A stretch of 63,989 nt of DNA, counting the filler, from Stramenopiles sp. TOSAG23-6 (Eukaryota), in NCBI GenBank assembly GCA_900128565.1. It is 3 parts of 3 records of this genome, joined end to end, with 100 filler letters (N's around TTAATTAATTAA, not from the genome) between each part and the next. Parts side by side here need not be neighbours in the genome. Positions count along the whole stretch, not along the records: positions 24,408 to 48,362 come from LT636007.1; 2 more parts are not named here. One strand, given 5' to 3'. A program made the translations under genes and the position numbers. Positions 34,401 to 44,879 of this stretch are shown piece after piece. How positions within the stretch are numbered: the first letter of the stretch is position 1; each line of letters begins with the position of its first letter. The notes under the pieces are model-generated. The model made no database searches. It had not been told where the DNA came from and saw nothing but the letters and a program-made list of their open reading frames with translations.

Positions 34401-35915
34401 TTGAGCTCGGGGAAGTATTCTGTCAACTAAAAGTTCAAGAACAATTTGTTGAGGTCCATTTGGCAATTGAACTCTTTTTGGTAGCATGCCTAAAGAAACC
34501 CTAACAAGAGCATTTACAAAATCATCAAAGGAGAGCCTTCGACTACCTTTACCTTTTGTGATTCCACCTACTATGCGTCTTCGACCTCGACCATCACCTG
34601 AGTCTTTGTGTCTTCCTCGTGATTCTGCATAAAATACAACATTTGCTTCAGCTTCTTCAATTAATCCTCGATTTCGTGCATCATCTGGATGACAATTTCT
34701 ACCTAGTAAGCCACAGTCAAATAAAAGTTTACGCCAACATCGACTATGAAGTCGTTGTAATGATAGTGGATCACCAGTTACACAATAATATGTGAATACC
34801 AACCATATATTGTGAAAAAATATTTTACATTCAAATGTTTTGTTAGGTACAAAATTTGGTACGAAATATTTTTTACATTCAATTTTGAAAACGTACATAA
34901 TTCTCCTTCAAGGTTTAGTTGCTGTTTAGAATTTGGTGTGTGAATACTTAAAGATGGTGGTGAAACAGATTCTGAATAATTCTCATCCCAATTTTGAAGC
35001 GGGTGTGATGGAGGTGGAGACATCTGAGGAGAGCTTATACGTGTACTATTTTTACTCAAAGATTTCGGAGATTTTCTCTTCACTTTTGTTTTTGTATCTC
35101 CATCGTCTATTACACTATTATCAGCACGTTTCTTTTTCAATTCTTTGATAATTACCTTCTGATTTTCTTCATCCTCTGTACTGTATAAAGATGAAATGTC
35201 TTTTTCCGGTGATGATTGCGTATCTACATGTAAAAGAGACGTTTTAATTCCTCTCGGTGTTAGGATAAGTAAAGAGTTATCGTGTCTGGGTTGTGAAAGT
35301 ATTGTGAAAAATATTTTACATTCGAAATTCGTTAGGTACAAAGTTTGGTTCAAAAAAATAAATTTGGAATTCATTACGAAAACATACAAGAACTCGAATC
35401 ACAAAAGCGCTTTCAGGCCAAACGCAGTTATCTTGGTCTAGAAGGACGTAAGTTGTTGCCTGCGAGGGAGAATGTGGATCATTACTAACAGTAACGCCAT
35501 CTTTAACACACCAGTATCGCATAGCGTCGCGTCGAAGATCACTGAAAGTATACGAGCTCGGAATCCAACTAGAAAACTCAGTTCGAGTTACAGCATGTAT
35601 TACCGTGACTTTTGATGTTTCTGTAGTACTACCTAACGGCCGAAGACGTATACATGGCAGAAAAGCATATGCTTTCATACTGTCTTCTTGTTTGCGTGAT
35701 ACAGGCACGCCATCATCTAATAAAAAGGAATAATGCCTCGGAAGGCCGTCTAAGTCCCGGTGTAAAAGACGTCGAATTTCAGAAAGACGAGTATCATCGT
35801 ACGTTGTCACAAAACCTATATAACCCATATTTTCTATTGCTACTCGAAGGGTTGCCGCCATAGATGGTGCACTACTAGAACCAAATAGTCCCGAGGCTGG
35901 AATTGACTCCTGCAT
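31408..35915 (-). CDS. Multidomain protein: ubiquitin-like N-terminus, EF-hand-like helical region, two peptidoglycan-binding-like repeats, C-terminal PLC-type PH domain; 6 exons
   Basis: One continuous frame after removing 5 family introns; LKVDGIVG and LKVDGIWG motifs; GAEFRKHGRRGAP..RFVW...CLSL..PLRTLDLEA......WF (PH). Confidence 0.75.
32980..33076 (-). mobile_element. Introner-like intron GT-AT (97 nt)
   Basis: CAT|GTATGT...GTACCTAAC...ACTAAACAT|GAA. Confidence 0.85.
33380..33475 (-). mobile_element. Introner-like intron GT-AT (96 nt, in frame, no stop)
   Basis: AGT|GTACGT...GTACCTAAC...ATAAAACAT|GGA. Confidence 0.8.
33917..34025 (-). mobile_element. Diverged introner-like intron GT-AT (~109 nt)
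   Basis: TAC|GTTTGT...GTACTTAAC...CACCACAT|GGA. Confidence 0.65.
34805..34896 (-). mobile_element. Introner-like intron GT-AT (92 nt)
   Basis: AT|GTACGT...GTACCTAAC...CACAATATAT|GG restores EGEL-WLVFTYYC. Confidence 0.85.
35297..35387 (-). mobile_element. Introner-like intron GT-TT (91 nt)
   Basis: CTT|GTATGT...GTACCTAAC...CACAATACTT|TCA. Confidence 0.85.
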
Positions 35916-36141
35916 TATGAAAAGTTACCTCGAGCAAGATAAGCTTTTAGGAATTCAATTCAAAAACTGAAGTCTGAAGAGGAACGGGATCGAGGTACCG
36001 GACGTATCCGGGATCCGGGTTTGCTTTTTGTAACTGTCGGCGTTTGCGAGTCTTTGTTTGAACGTCCAACATAAATTTTTACCTTATAGTCATTATGATA
36101 ATGTGCATAATATAATGCTAAAAACAAAATAGAATAAAGGT

Positions 36142-39100
36142 ATGAGACAGTGGACCCCCCCCCAAACACCTCGAGAAAAAGAGTCTCTTCCAGCTATACA
36201 AGAGTCTTTGGATACCTGCACTAATTCTTTGAAAAGGAATAGCCCAACAGAATCTACAGACTGGGAGATATGCGATTGGTACGGCGATACTTCAAGACTG
36301 AATAACTTTCATAGCAGTTCTATTTATTCAAAAAAAAAAAAAATGAGCGAGAATTTAAAAATACACACGACACCACTGAGACGTTCATTTACATCTAGAC
36401 CTCAAACAGCACTACCAAATCGGTCAAAGTATATTTCATCTTCTGGTGGTCGACAATTATTTAGACAACCAAAAATACAATCATTATCAAAACCAAAAAT
36501 GAACAAGAAAAAACATTCTAAAGATGCTTTGATGTATCAAAATAATTCAATGGTAGTTAAAGATTTTCGCCTTCGACAATCTGCTATGCGACAATATGAA
36601 AAAAACATGAAAAGTATTGAAAAAAAAATGTCGGTCTTTTTTACAAGGTTATACACACAGCGACCTCACATTGAAGTAGAAGCAATGCAATTAATGATTG
36701 ACTGCATTATTGAACCCTTTGTTACAAAGTTAAAAGATTCTACAACAAAAGAACTGGCGTCAATTAAACTTCACTTGGGTAGAATAGAAAAAGAACGAAT
36801 AAATCTTTTACACACTGAATGTAAAGAAAAGTTTGATGCTATAAAATTGATAGAATTAAATACGTTAAAGGCAGATTTATTGGATAAAATGAAAAATAAA
36901 GAAGCAATTGCCACGAAACGAGGTGTTCGGATAGGTAAAAAGCACATGCGCCGTAAGCTATCCAGAGCAAGAAAACTTCTAAGGAAAACAAGAGCTAAAT
37001 TACGAAGAAAACGTCANAAGTTACGTAAAGAATTTCGCTATAAAGAAGAATGTATAGTTGATGAATCTTCATTATCGTCCTCCGAATTATCTCAAGACAC
37101 ATCAGGGGATAATAGTAATACATCTATGTTTTCGTGTTCTTCGTCAGAACTTTCAAACTCAGATAGCAGAAGTAGCAATAGTGAAGAGGCAGAAGAAACA
37201 GCATACACGTTTTTGGAGATTGAAATGCTGGCTCATAGATTATTCTTAAATATGGATATTAACGGAAGTAAATGTTTGAAACATTTTGAAATTAAAATGT
37301 TGATTGAAAAATTATTACAAAGTGTACACACGAATTCGAAATTACAGCATTCTTTGTCAGGAAAAGAATTTGAAATGATTGTTCAGAAATTACAAGATTT
37401 CCTTTCACTATATATGAGAAGTAATTATCCAGCTACATCAAATAGCAATAGTATAGACAATGATAAAATGTCATTTATTCAGTTTATTCAATGGTTCAAG
37501 CTTGCTTGGACTAATGTCATATTGGGAGAAATAAAAGATGAAAAAAGAAGTCGACGAAATCGAAGGCGAAAGTGTAGAAGAAAACGACGAAAACAACAAA
37601 AGCAACATCGATGGAAACAACGTGTATACCGTGGAGAAGCCATTATGAATATGCGACATAACATCCAAGGGAAAAAAAAACAAACTGTAGTAAATGATTC
37701 TGAAACTTCTAACAATTATTTGAGTAAATTAAACCCAGGTGCACCTCTATTAAAAAATGATGAAAACTGGATAGGAAATCTTGTTCGAGTAGCACCACTA
37801 AAGCGTTTCTTTGACTTACCAATGCAACGATGGGAAGAAATTGCTGCATCAGATGACACGTTGCAAATACGAAATAATAAAAGCGAATATGTAGAAAACA
37901 ATAAGATGGATACAGAACTAATTATGAAAGTTTTAAACATTACGCCAGGTGATAAGTCTCGGAAAAAAATTCAACTAGCGATGCCATATCTTAAGTATGC
38001 TAGTTGCCTTGGTCAAATTGGTAAAGACAGAACCAATTCAAAAGTTGTAAACAATTGCTGGAACAATGCTAAAAAGCAGGTTGATACAATAGTAAACAAT
38101 GGAAATATCGAATGCAATGTAAAGCCTAAAAACCTACTACAAAATTCTGTAATGATTGGAAATTTAAGTAATTTAAACAAACTCTCTTTGGGAGACGAAA
38201 TGAAACATATTTCAGAATCTGATAGATTACTATGTAGTGGTAATTCATATTCTGCATGGCCTTGCGAACTCATAGAACACATAAATTCTTCTGATATAAT
38301 CCGTAATAATACTGATAAAGATATAATACCCCCATGTATTTCTATACTAGGTCCTCCAGCATCAGGGAAATCATATTGTTGTAAGCTTTTGGCTCGCTCC
38401 GGCTGGAAGATTATAAATGTACACAATCTAATAAATGAAACTAAGAATCCTGCTTTTAGCAATCTTGACGCGCTTGAGTGTTTGCCTTCGGAAATGAATC
38501 AACTTTTACGAAAAAAAATAAATCAAATTATGGAACTTGGTGATACGAAAAAAGGTATAATTATAGAAGGATACCCAACAAATATGCGCCAATGCTTTGC
38601 ATTTGAGAATTACGTGACTCCAATTTCATTGATAATTTCACTCCAGATACCTGAGAAAGTTGCACAAGAAAGACTAAAAGATCCGAACTATATTGATCTA
38701 TGTAACGAATACAATACGGGTACAAGTGTGCGTATAAATTATTTTCAAAAACTTACGTCACCACTGATAAAAAAATTTCAACATTATAGATTAGTTTCAG
38801 AAATCAACACAGATTGCACATCCACTGAACTTCAAGCTTTGCTTGCTAAGGTTGTAAAACCCGTAGTTAGCAAGTGGACCCAACAAAGGGTATTATTATA
38901 TGGAGATGATGATCATATTGATTTTTTAGCAACATCTTATTTGAGACTAGAACCTCAATCAATTAAAGAGCAGTCGAATATTGCACTTGAAGAAGCCGGA
39001 TTCGGAAGATCTAACCAGCGTTTGCTCCACTGGACAAAAGAAGATGTCTTCATCTGGTTAGAAAAACAAGGACTATTTGGTGTTGCTGATGTGTTTTATA

Positions 39101-39546
39101 GGAAAGGTGTTGATGGTATTGAAATGACTAATATTGCAAATAATGGGGAAATAGAACAATTTGAAAAATTTGGGTTTTCGAATGAAATTAAAGAAGAATT
39201 GACTACACTAATACAAAAACTTGTAATTGGATCTGACCAACAATGGGGATCAACAAAACTACAGTCTTTATACAGAGGTAGATTAGAGCGCAAAAATATA
39301 AATGACAAAAAAGAAGCCGCGGTAAAGGTACAAGCGATCATAAGAGGGAGAGTGCAACGCAATAGTAAAAAGCGTACTGCATGCTCTACAATACAGAAAT
39401 TTCTCAGAGAAAAAATGTCCTTAATTTTTGATGAAACAAGTACAAGTGAAATTTATATTCCTAGTGAAACGAATTCAATTCGAGACAGTGTAGGAGTAGA
39501 AATCCGCCCTGAAATACAACAAGGAAGTCCCATGCCTTCGAGGTAG
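36142..39546 (+). CDS. Intronless multidomain protein: EF-hand, adenylate-kinase-like P-loop domain, SAM-like domain, IQ motifs
   Basis: DINGSKCLKHFE; ILGPPASGKS...IIEGYP; WTKEDVFIWL (SAM-like); LQSLYRG and VQAIIRG (IQ). Confidence 0.8.
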   Translation: MRQWTPPQTPREKESLPAIQESLDTCTNSLKRNSPTESTDWEICDWYGDTSRLNNFHSSSIYSKKKKMSENLKIHTTPLRRSFTSRPQTALPNRSKYISSSGGRQLFRQPKIQSLSKPKMNKKKHSKDALMYQNNSMVVKDFRLRQSAMRQYEKNMKSIEKKMSVFFTRLYTQRPHIEVEAMQLMIDCIIEPFVTKLKDSTTKELASIKLHLGRIEKERINLLHTECKEKFDAIKLIELNTLKADLLDKMKNKEAIATKRGVRIGKKHMRRKLSRARKLLRKTRAKLRRKRXKLRKEFRYKEECIVDESSLSSSELSQDTSGDNSNTSMFSCSSSELSNSDSRSSNSEEAEETAYTFLEIEMLAHRLFLNMDINGSKCLKHFEIKMLIEKLLQSVHTNSKLQHSLSGKEFEMIVQKLQDFLSLYMRSNYPATSNSNSIDNDKMSFIQFIQWFKLAWTNVILGEIKDEKRSRRNRRRKCRRKRRKQQKQHRWKQRVYRGEAIMNMRHNIQGKKKQTVVNDSETSNNYLSKLNPGAPLLKNDENWIGNLVRVAPLKRFFDLPMQRWEEIAASDDTLQIRNNKSEYVENNKMDTELIMKVLNITPGDKSRKKIQLAMPYLKYASCLGQIGKDRTNSKVVNNCWNNAKKQVDTIVNNGNIECNVKPKNLLQNSVMIGNLSNLNKLSLGDEMKHISESDRLLCSGNSYSAWPCELIEHINSSDIIRNNTDKDIIPPCISILGPPASGKSYCCKLLARSGWKIINVHNLINETKNPAFSNLDALECLPSEMNQLLRKKINQIMELGDTKKGIIIEGYPTNMRQCFAFENYVTPISLIISLQIPEKVAQERLKDPNYIDLCNEYNTGTSVRINYFQKLTSPLIKKFQHYRLVSEINTDCTSTELQALLAKVVKPVVSKWTQQRVLLYGDDDHIDFLATSYLRLEPQSIKEQSNIALEEAGFGRSNQRLLHWTKEDVFIWLEKQGLFGVADVFYRKGVDGIEMTNIANNGEIEQFEKFGFSNEIKEELTTLIQKLVIGSDQQWGSTKLQSLYRGRLERKNINDKKEAAVKVQAIIRGRVQRNSKKRTACSTIQKFLREKMSLIFDETSTSEIYIPSETNSIRDSVGVEIRPEIQQGSPMPSR

Positions 39547-39647
39547 AAGATTTATCTCTTCAGCTGAAAAAAGTAAATATATTATTCAGTTTTTGTTTAT
39601 CTTTTGTATAGTTTAAAACTTATAAAGTGATTTGTTTCTATGTTTTT

Positions 39648-39890
39648 CTAGTGATGCGACCCTCCGCCACCATCAGGTGTTTTTCTTGCTACCTCTAATC
39701 GCCGTTGCCGTTCCATTTCAATAGCGTTCATACGGGTGTAGTACTTGCGGTGATGTAAACACTCCATGTAGTCTTCTTTCATATCTACACACTCTGATGG
39801 CGTTGACGCATCAGCCATACATTTCGAGAACTCTTGCCAGTATGGAAAGCATCTACCCACGTTGCCCCTACAACCGTATGAACTAGCCAT
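39648..39890 (-). CDS. NDUFS5: Mitochondrial complex I 15-kDa subunit (twin CX9C-type)
   Basis: MASSYG..G.VGRCFPYWQEFSKC......EC....EDYMECLHH. Confidence 0.88.
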   Translation of the reverse strand: MASSYGCRGNVGRCFPYWQEFSKCMADASTPSECVDMKEDYMECLHHRKYYTRMNAIEMERQRRLEVARKTPDGGGGSHH

Positions 39891-40143
39891 CTCTTATGCA
39901 ATATTAAAATACCGATATGATTAAATTGACTAAAGTCGTGTCTTCTTCTGTGTTTATGAAAAAAAAATACTTTGTTTGACTGACATCGACATGTGGCGCA
40001 AAAACCAGTTGATGACGTGTCATTTTTTTTTTTTTTTGGCCACATGTGTCGAAAGAAGTCATAAATTGTCGTCAAAGTCGACTCTACGTAATACGCACGA
40101 AGTTTTTTATTCTATATAGCCCGTTTTTGTACTAGTTAGTAAC

Positions 40144-40839
40144 ATGAGACGTTTTACCAGTGAACTTGGCCGTTGCTTGCGCGAGACTGGCCAGGCTTTG
40201 GATCGTGTTGGAATGCGTGCTCAGAATAATGAGCGTTTCAGGGAACAGTTCAGTCGTCACCGCAAAATAATGGGCATTTTTGATAAGACTCCAGACATAG
40301 CCAACGATTGTTGGATTGCTCCAAGTGCATCAATAGTTGGGGAGGTCGATATATGTACTCAGTCTTCTGTATGGTACAATTGCGTTCTTCGTGGAGATGT
40401 AAATGAAATCAGTATCGGAGGATGTACGAATATTCAAGATGGTACAGTCATCAACGTTTCAAAATCAAATCCTTTGGGTTTTCCAGCGTCTACTTTTATT
40501 GGACATATGGTTTCCATTGGCCCAGGATGTAGTCTTTCATCTTGTACTATTGAGGACAATGTTGTTATTGGAAGTGGAAGTATTATTTGTGATGGAGCTC
40601 TAGTCGAAAAGAACTCAATTTTATCGCCAGGAACTGTACTCAATGCAGGGCACAGAATCCCATCTGGACAACTCTGGGAAGGAAATCCAGCAACTTATGT
40701 ACGGGATTTAACTGGAGATGAGATTGAAGGGATTGAGAAACAAGCTGAAGCAGCCAAAAATCTTGGTGCGGAGCATAAACACGAATTCCTTCCATTTGGA
40801 ACTGCACACCTGGAAGCTGAAAAACTGGAGAAGCAATAA
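40144..40839 (+). CDS. Mitochondrial gamma-carbonic anhydrase (complex I CA-domain subunit)
   Basis: LRETGQALDRVG, SRHR, IAPSAS..G.V, VWYNCVLRGDVN, NIQDG hexapeptide repeats, WEGNPA. Confidence 0.9.
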   Translation: MRRFTSELGRCLRETGQALDRVGMRAQNNERFREQFSRHRKIMGIFDKTPDIANDCWIAPSASIVGEVDICTQSSVWYNCVLRGDVNEISIGGCTNIQDGTVINVSKSNPLGFPASTFIGHMVSIGPGCSLSSCTIEDNVVIGSGSIICDGALVEKNSILSPGTVLNAGHRIPSGQLWEGNPATYVRDLTGDEIEGIEKQAEAAKNLGAEHKHEFLPFGTAHLEAEKLEKQ

Positions 40840-40870
40840 TTTCTTTATTTTCTTTCTACTTTTATAACCA

Positions 40871-40902
40871 TATTTTTTTTCATACGAAATTTCGTACCTA
40901 AT
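40871..40902 (+). mobile_element. Truncated orphan family core downstream of the gamma-CA stop
   Basis: TTTTTTCATACGAAATTTCGTACCTAA without family termini. Confidence 0.6.
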
Positions 40903-41036
40903 ATATATAGATAGATAGGGTTAGGTTAGCGTTGGTGGAAACACATTTTACCATGTCCATTTATTTTTTAAATAAATTACATTTTTAAATCTCAAACTTG
41001 TTTTGTTATATTTCAATACGCGAACGTCTTCATCAT

Positions 41037-42050
41037 CTACCCAGTAGGTAATTTCAAATACCCAGTAGGTAATTTCAAATGAACGTTTTCTTTGACTTCT
41101 TTTTGTTTGTTTTCTTTGACTTCTACTTCTTTTTCTTCGACTTCTTCAACTACTTTTTGTTCTGGCACACATGTTTGAGTGAAAGAATCAATTTGTTTGG
41201 TTAAAAATTTGTTATGACATCTATGAAAATGTTCAGCGGCTTCAATATGTTCAAGCATCTTTTCATGCATGATACACTTATGTTGAATCAAAAATTTTAG
41301 GGTTGCCTCGTTAGTTCGTAAGAGCACTGCTTCTCTGGCTTTAATATGTTCAGAAGCCTTTGTGATTGAATCATGGGTCATTTTAATGAAATCTCCATAC
41401 ATTCCTTGCATCTTTTCATCCATGATACACTTATGTTGAATCAAAAATTTTAGGGTTGCCTCGTTAGTTCGTAAGAGCACTGCTTCTATAATCTCAAAAT
41501 AGTGTTCGGGAGGCGGAAGCTTTGGAATATCGATAGTGGGCCGCTTCGCTTGGTCGTCAAAACGTCTTACTTGTACTCCACCTAATGCATATGGTAAGGC
41601 TATGAAATCCTCACACTCAGCAGGACTCATAGGCCCGCCTTGGAGTACTAGGCTGCGCTTCGAGTCGGTCAGGAGTTTATCGTAGTATGTCTTGTCACTA
41701 CCACAAAGATATCGTTTGGCTGGTACATGCAAACGTATTGAATCTGTGACAATTGGTGGAAAACCTTGCTTTTTCAGGTACTCATAACCCACACGACCGT
41801 GACCCTGGTCACTCTTGAGTCTCGTTTCATCATCTTCTTTTAGTAAAAGGTGACCAATATCGTGCAAGAATGCAGCGGCGATGAGCCCCTGTGAACAACC
41901 CTGCAACTCTGCAAGGTATCCAGCCTGTCTAGCGTGGTCCAAGCTAGATGCATCAACCTCCACAACGTAACGAAGGTGGCCCCACTCGGTATATACATTG
42001 CGAATATCTTTCATGGTTTTCTTTATGTTTATTCGTTTACTATCAGACAT
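41037..42050 (-). CDS. PhnZ/TmpB-like HD-domain di-iron oxygenase with a duplicated C-terminal extension
   Basis: LDHARQA..LA, AAFLHDIGHLL, H...G...L, IRLHVPAKRYL, YYDKL...SKRSLVLQGGPMS, RRFDDQAK. Confidence 0.85.
   Translation of the reverse strand: MSDSKRINIKKTMKDIRNVYTEWGHLRYVVEVDASSLDHARQAGYLAELQGCSQGLIAAAFLHDIGHLLLKEDDETRLKSDQGHGRVGYEYLKKQGFPPIVTDSIRLHVPAKRYLCGSDKTYYDKLLTDSKRSLVLQGGPMSPAECEDFIALPYALGGVQVRRFDDQAKRPTIDIPKLPPPEHYFEIIEAVLLRTNEATLKFLIQHKCIMDEKMQGMYGDFIKMTHDSITKASEHIKAREAVLLRTNEATLKFLIQHKCIMHEKMLEHIEAAEHFHRCHNKFLTKQIDSFTQTCVPEQKVVEEVEEKEVEVKENKQKEVKENVHLKLPTGYLKLPTG
41255..41487 (-). repeat. 80-bp near-perfect direct repeat (41255-41334 and 41408-41487)
   Basis: Encodes EAVLLRTNEATLKFLIQHKCIM twice; one mismatch. 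Confidence 0.9.
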
Positions 42051-42573
42051 GTTAAGAAGAAAAAAGGGTTAAGATTTTCTTTTAAAGTAAAAAAACGTGT
42101 ACTGTGTTTGTATCAATAGGTATCTCTATGATAAGATCTATATCAATTATGACATTATGGAGAATAAATTATCCTTATGTATGGCTTATATTTAATATTT
42201 AATAATAGCTTGAAGATTCATGACAAAGGACAATGGAACAACGTTTTTTGTGAATTTCGAAATTCAATTCGGCAAAAAAAAACTGTCAAATTTTGAAGTT
42301 TGAAAAAAAAAAAATGAAAGTCAACAAGATGAAGAAAGAACAGTCAAGTCATAATCCTATAATATGTAAACAACAGCGAGCGAGTTCTAACTTCTAATAG
42401 AGCCAATGGTCTGATAGTTGATTTTTTTTGCCGCACCAACTTTTTTTTCTCGCCGACTGTCTCATTGAATTGAACTATTATCCAACAACATAAATTGAAG
42501 TTTTACGACACTAAATTTCTGACCTCTGTATATTTCAAGTTACGATAAATTATTGTTTTGAAGCGTCTACAAA

Positions 42574-43830
42574 ATGGACTTTAATGAAGCTCCACTTGAT
42601 ACAAAAAAAATAGTTTCCCGCACACCACGGTGGTTTCCTTGTTTCATGATTTTAATTATGATATACACTATGATCAATATAATTATTTCGTTTGGTTTAC
42701 ATCGCTTCGCTTTTACCATACGTGATCATTCTTCTACAGCGTTTGTTGACCCATTACGGTGTAAGTTGGAAGCCTTGCAGTGGAGTCCAATTTCAGGATA
42801 CTATCTAGAGACACGAAAATGTAAATGGTTACAACTAGGTGCAAAGTTACGAGGTATAGATGATGCAGAGAATCTTGCCTCAGCAATGAGAAAAGTTCCC
42901 TCCACAACAGTCCGTAAAATTGAATTATGGGCAAATAAATTTGGAGACGTGGGTATACAGGCGGTTGTGGAAGCTATCCGTCAAAATAAAGCTTGGGAGA
43001 AGCTTGAAGAGCTCGATCTTACTCGTAACAAGCTATCACATGAGAGTGCAGAGCACATTGCTTCTCTCATACGAGAAAGCACATCACTCCGTCAAATGAT
43101 CTTATATGAGAATCAACTAGGCGAAGTTGGGGCTCAAACTATAGCAGAATCTCTCGTTTATAACACGCGAAAGGGCTCTGGGATTGAGAAATTATTCTTA
43201 GAATACAATAATATTGGATCAAAAGGTGCTACAGCTTTTGCGAATGCACTGCACAAGAACCAGTCCTTACAACATCTTGATTTAGATCATAACCAAATTG
43301 GTGCTTTTGGCGCTTCACAAATAGCAAAGGCTCTCAGTATCAATGCAAGGAATGGGGAAGGGTTTGGTTTGCGACATCTTGATCTTGAAGCAAATAATAT
43401 TGGAAATGAGGGCGCAATTGCACTCGCTAATGCTCTTGGAAATAATAAAGACAGTAAAAATATTGTCCACACTAAAATAACACGCGCTGGAGATTGGGGT
43501 GGAGTTCTGATTGATCATTTAGATATTGCAGACAATAACATCACAGATTCAGGTTTAATTGCTTTAGCCAATATGCTACATCAAAATCGAGCTTTACTAC
43601 AACTTAACTTAAAAGGATCTAATGTGTTTAGTGACTCAGGTATAATTGCACTGGAAAATAGTTTACGTTGGAACGGTACAATTGAACGGATTTCTTTTCC
43701 TAAATTGACAAATGAGAATTTAATGTCAACGGCCGGAAAAAGTGCGTTCAAAAAAATAAAAGGATATCTGTTGCGTAATCAAAATTTGCGACAAGAAGAG
43801 GACACACGATTAGAGAAAACTGAATTTTAG
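42574..43830 (+). CDS. RNI-like leucine-rich-repeat protein with an N-terminal membrane anchor
   Basis: Repeated LxxLxLxxNxIGxxGAxxLAxAL; hydrophobic segment near aa 20-45. Confidence 0.88.
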   Translation: MDFNEAPLDTKKIVSRTPRWFPCFMILIMIYTMINIIISFGLHRFAFTIRDHSSTAFVDPLRCKLEALQWSPISGYYLETRKCKWLQLGAKLRGIDDAENLASAMRKVPSTTVRKIELWANKFGDVGIQAVVEAIRQNKAWEKLEELDLTRNKLSHESAEHIASLIRESTSLRQMILYENQLGEVGAQTIAESLVYNTRKGSGIEKLFLEYNNIGSKGATAFANALHKNQSLQHLDLDHNQIGAFGASQIAKALSINARNGEGFGLRHLDLEANNIGNEGAIALANALGNNKDSKNIVHTKITRAGDWGGVLIDHLDIADNNITDSGLIALANMLHQNRALLQLNLKGSNVFSDSGIIALENSLRWNGTIERISFPKLTNENLMSTAGKSAFKKIKGYLLRNQNLRQEEDTRLEKTEF

Positions 43831-44009
43831 GTGTTTGATTGATATTTTTACCTTGTTGCAAATAAAACACACACTAGTAAAACGAGCAATTTGATCTTTA
43901 TTTCTAAAGAAAGCACTTCCACATGCTTCATAAAGTCCATTGATTTCTAAAGAAAGCGATTACGCATTTTTTTTATTATAAAGTTCATTCAGATTCCAAT
44001 ACAAGTCTA

Positions 44010-44375
44010 TTACTTTGCTGACGCTTTCTTCTCAGCCTTGACTTCCAACTCCTTGACTTTTTCAGTCACTTCATCAATTGCTTTAGCTCCTGCCTTTGCT
44101 GCTTTGTCCACTTGGGCTTCAACTTTTTCTGATAATTCTTCCGCTTTATCTGCAACTTTTTCCGCGGCAGCTAACGCTTTAGCTTCAACACCATCGGGAT
44201 TTTTTGCTGCATCTTTCTTGACCTTATCTTTCAATTGTTTCTCCTCACTTTCGATCGCTTTCTTAACATCTGCCTCCAACAAGTTTGCCTCTTTAGTTAC
44301 CTCTTTAGCTATTTTTTTTACTGATTCTTCAGCTTCTTCAACAGCGTGTTCCATTTTTTTAACAAGTGATGCCAT
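44010..44375 (-). CDS. Small K/E/A-rich amphipathic helical protein (LEA-like)
   Basis: 121-aa ORF with strong composition bias. Confidence 0.65.
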   Translation of the reverse strand: MASLVKKMEHAVEEAEESVKKIAKEVTKEANLLEADVKKAIESEEKQLKDKVKKDAAKNPDGVEAKALAAAEKVADKAEELSEKVEAQVDKAAKAGAKAIDEVTEKVKELEVKAEKKASAK

Positions 44376-44879
44376 GTTGATGTGTTTTGTTTCGATGTTT
44401 TTATAACCAGTAAAGACTTATGATATATTATCTTAAGGGGATACGAAGGACATACGGTAGTATACTGTAACGGTAAATCTTGACCGGCAAAGCAAAGATC
44501 GTTCTTGATTTCGTGTATTGATTTTACCAAAGACTCTTGAATAGCTGAAAAAAATCACTCATATGTTGGATTTTAAAATAATTTAGTACTATTATATATA
44601 TATATGCTTAGATTGCTGTGAAAAAACAAATGTTACTTTAAAACAGAGTATTTAGTAGTGCTTGAAGTAAAAATATTTAATATTTGTATGTGTTGACATC
44701 ACATATCATTTGTGATATATATACAAACAAAGGATTCTCAATTTCAAAAGGATTTTTATAAATAAATCCTTACTTTTCTCTGTTAAATATATATGTAACA
44801 AAGTACAGAAAGTACATTGAATATTCAACCTTGATATTCAACCTTGAATAAATCCTCCAAATTTTTTTCTGGTAGTGGT

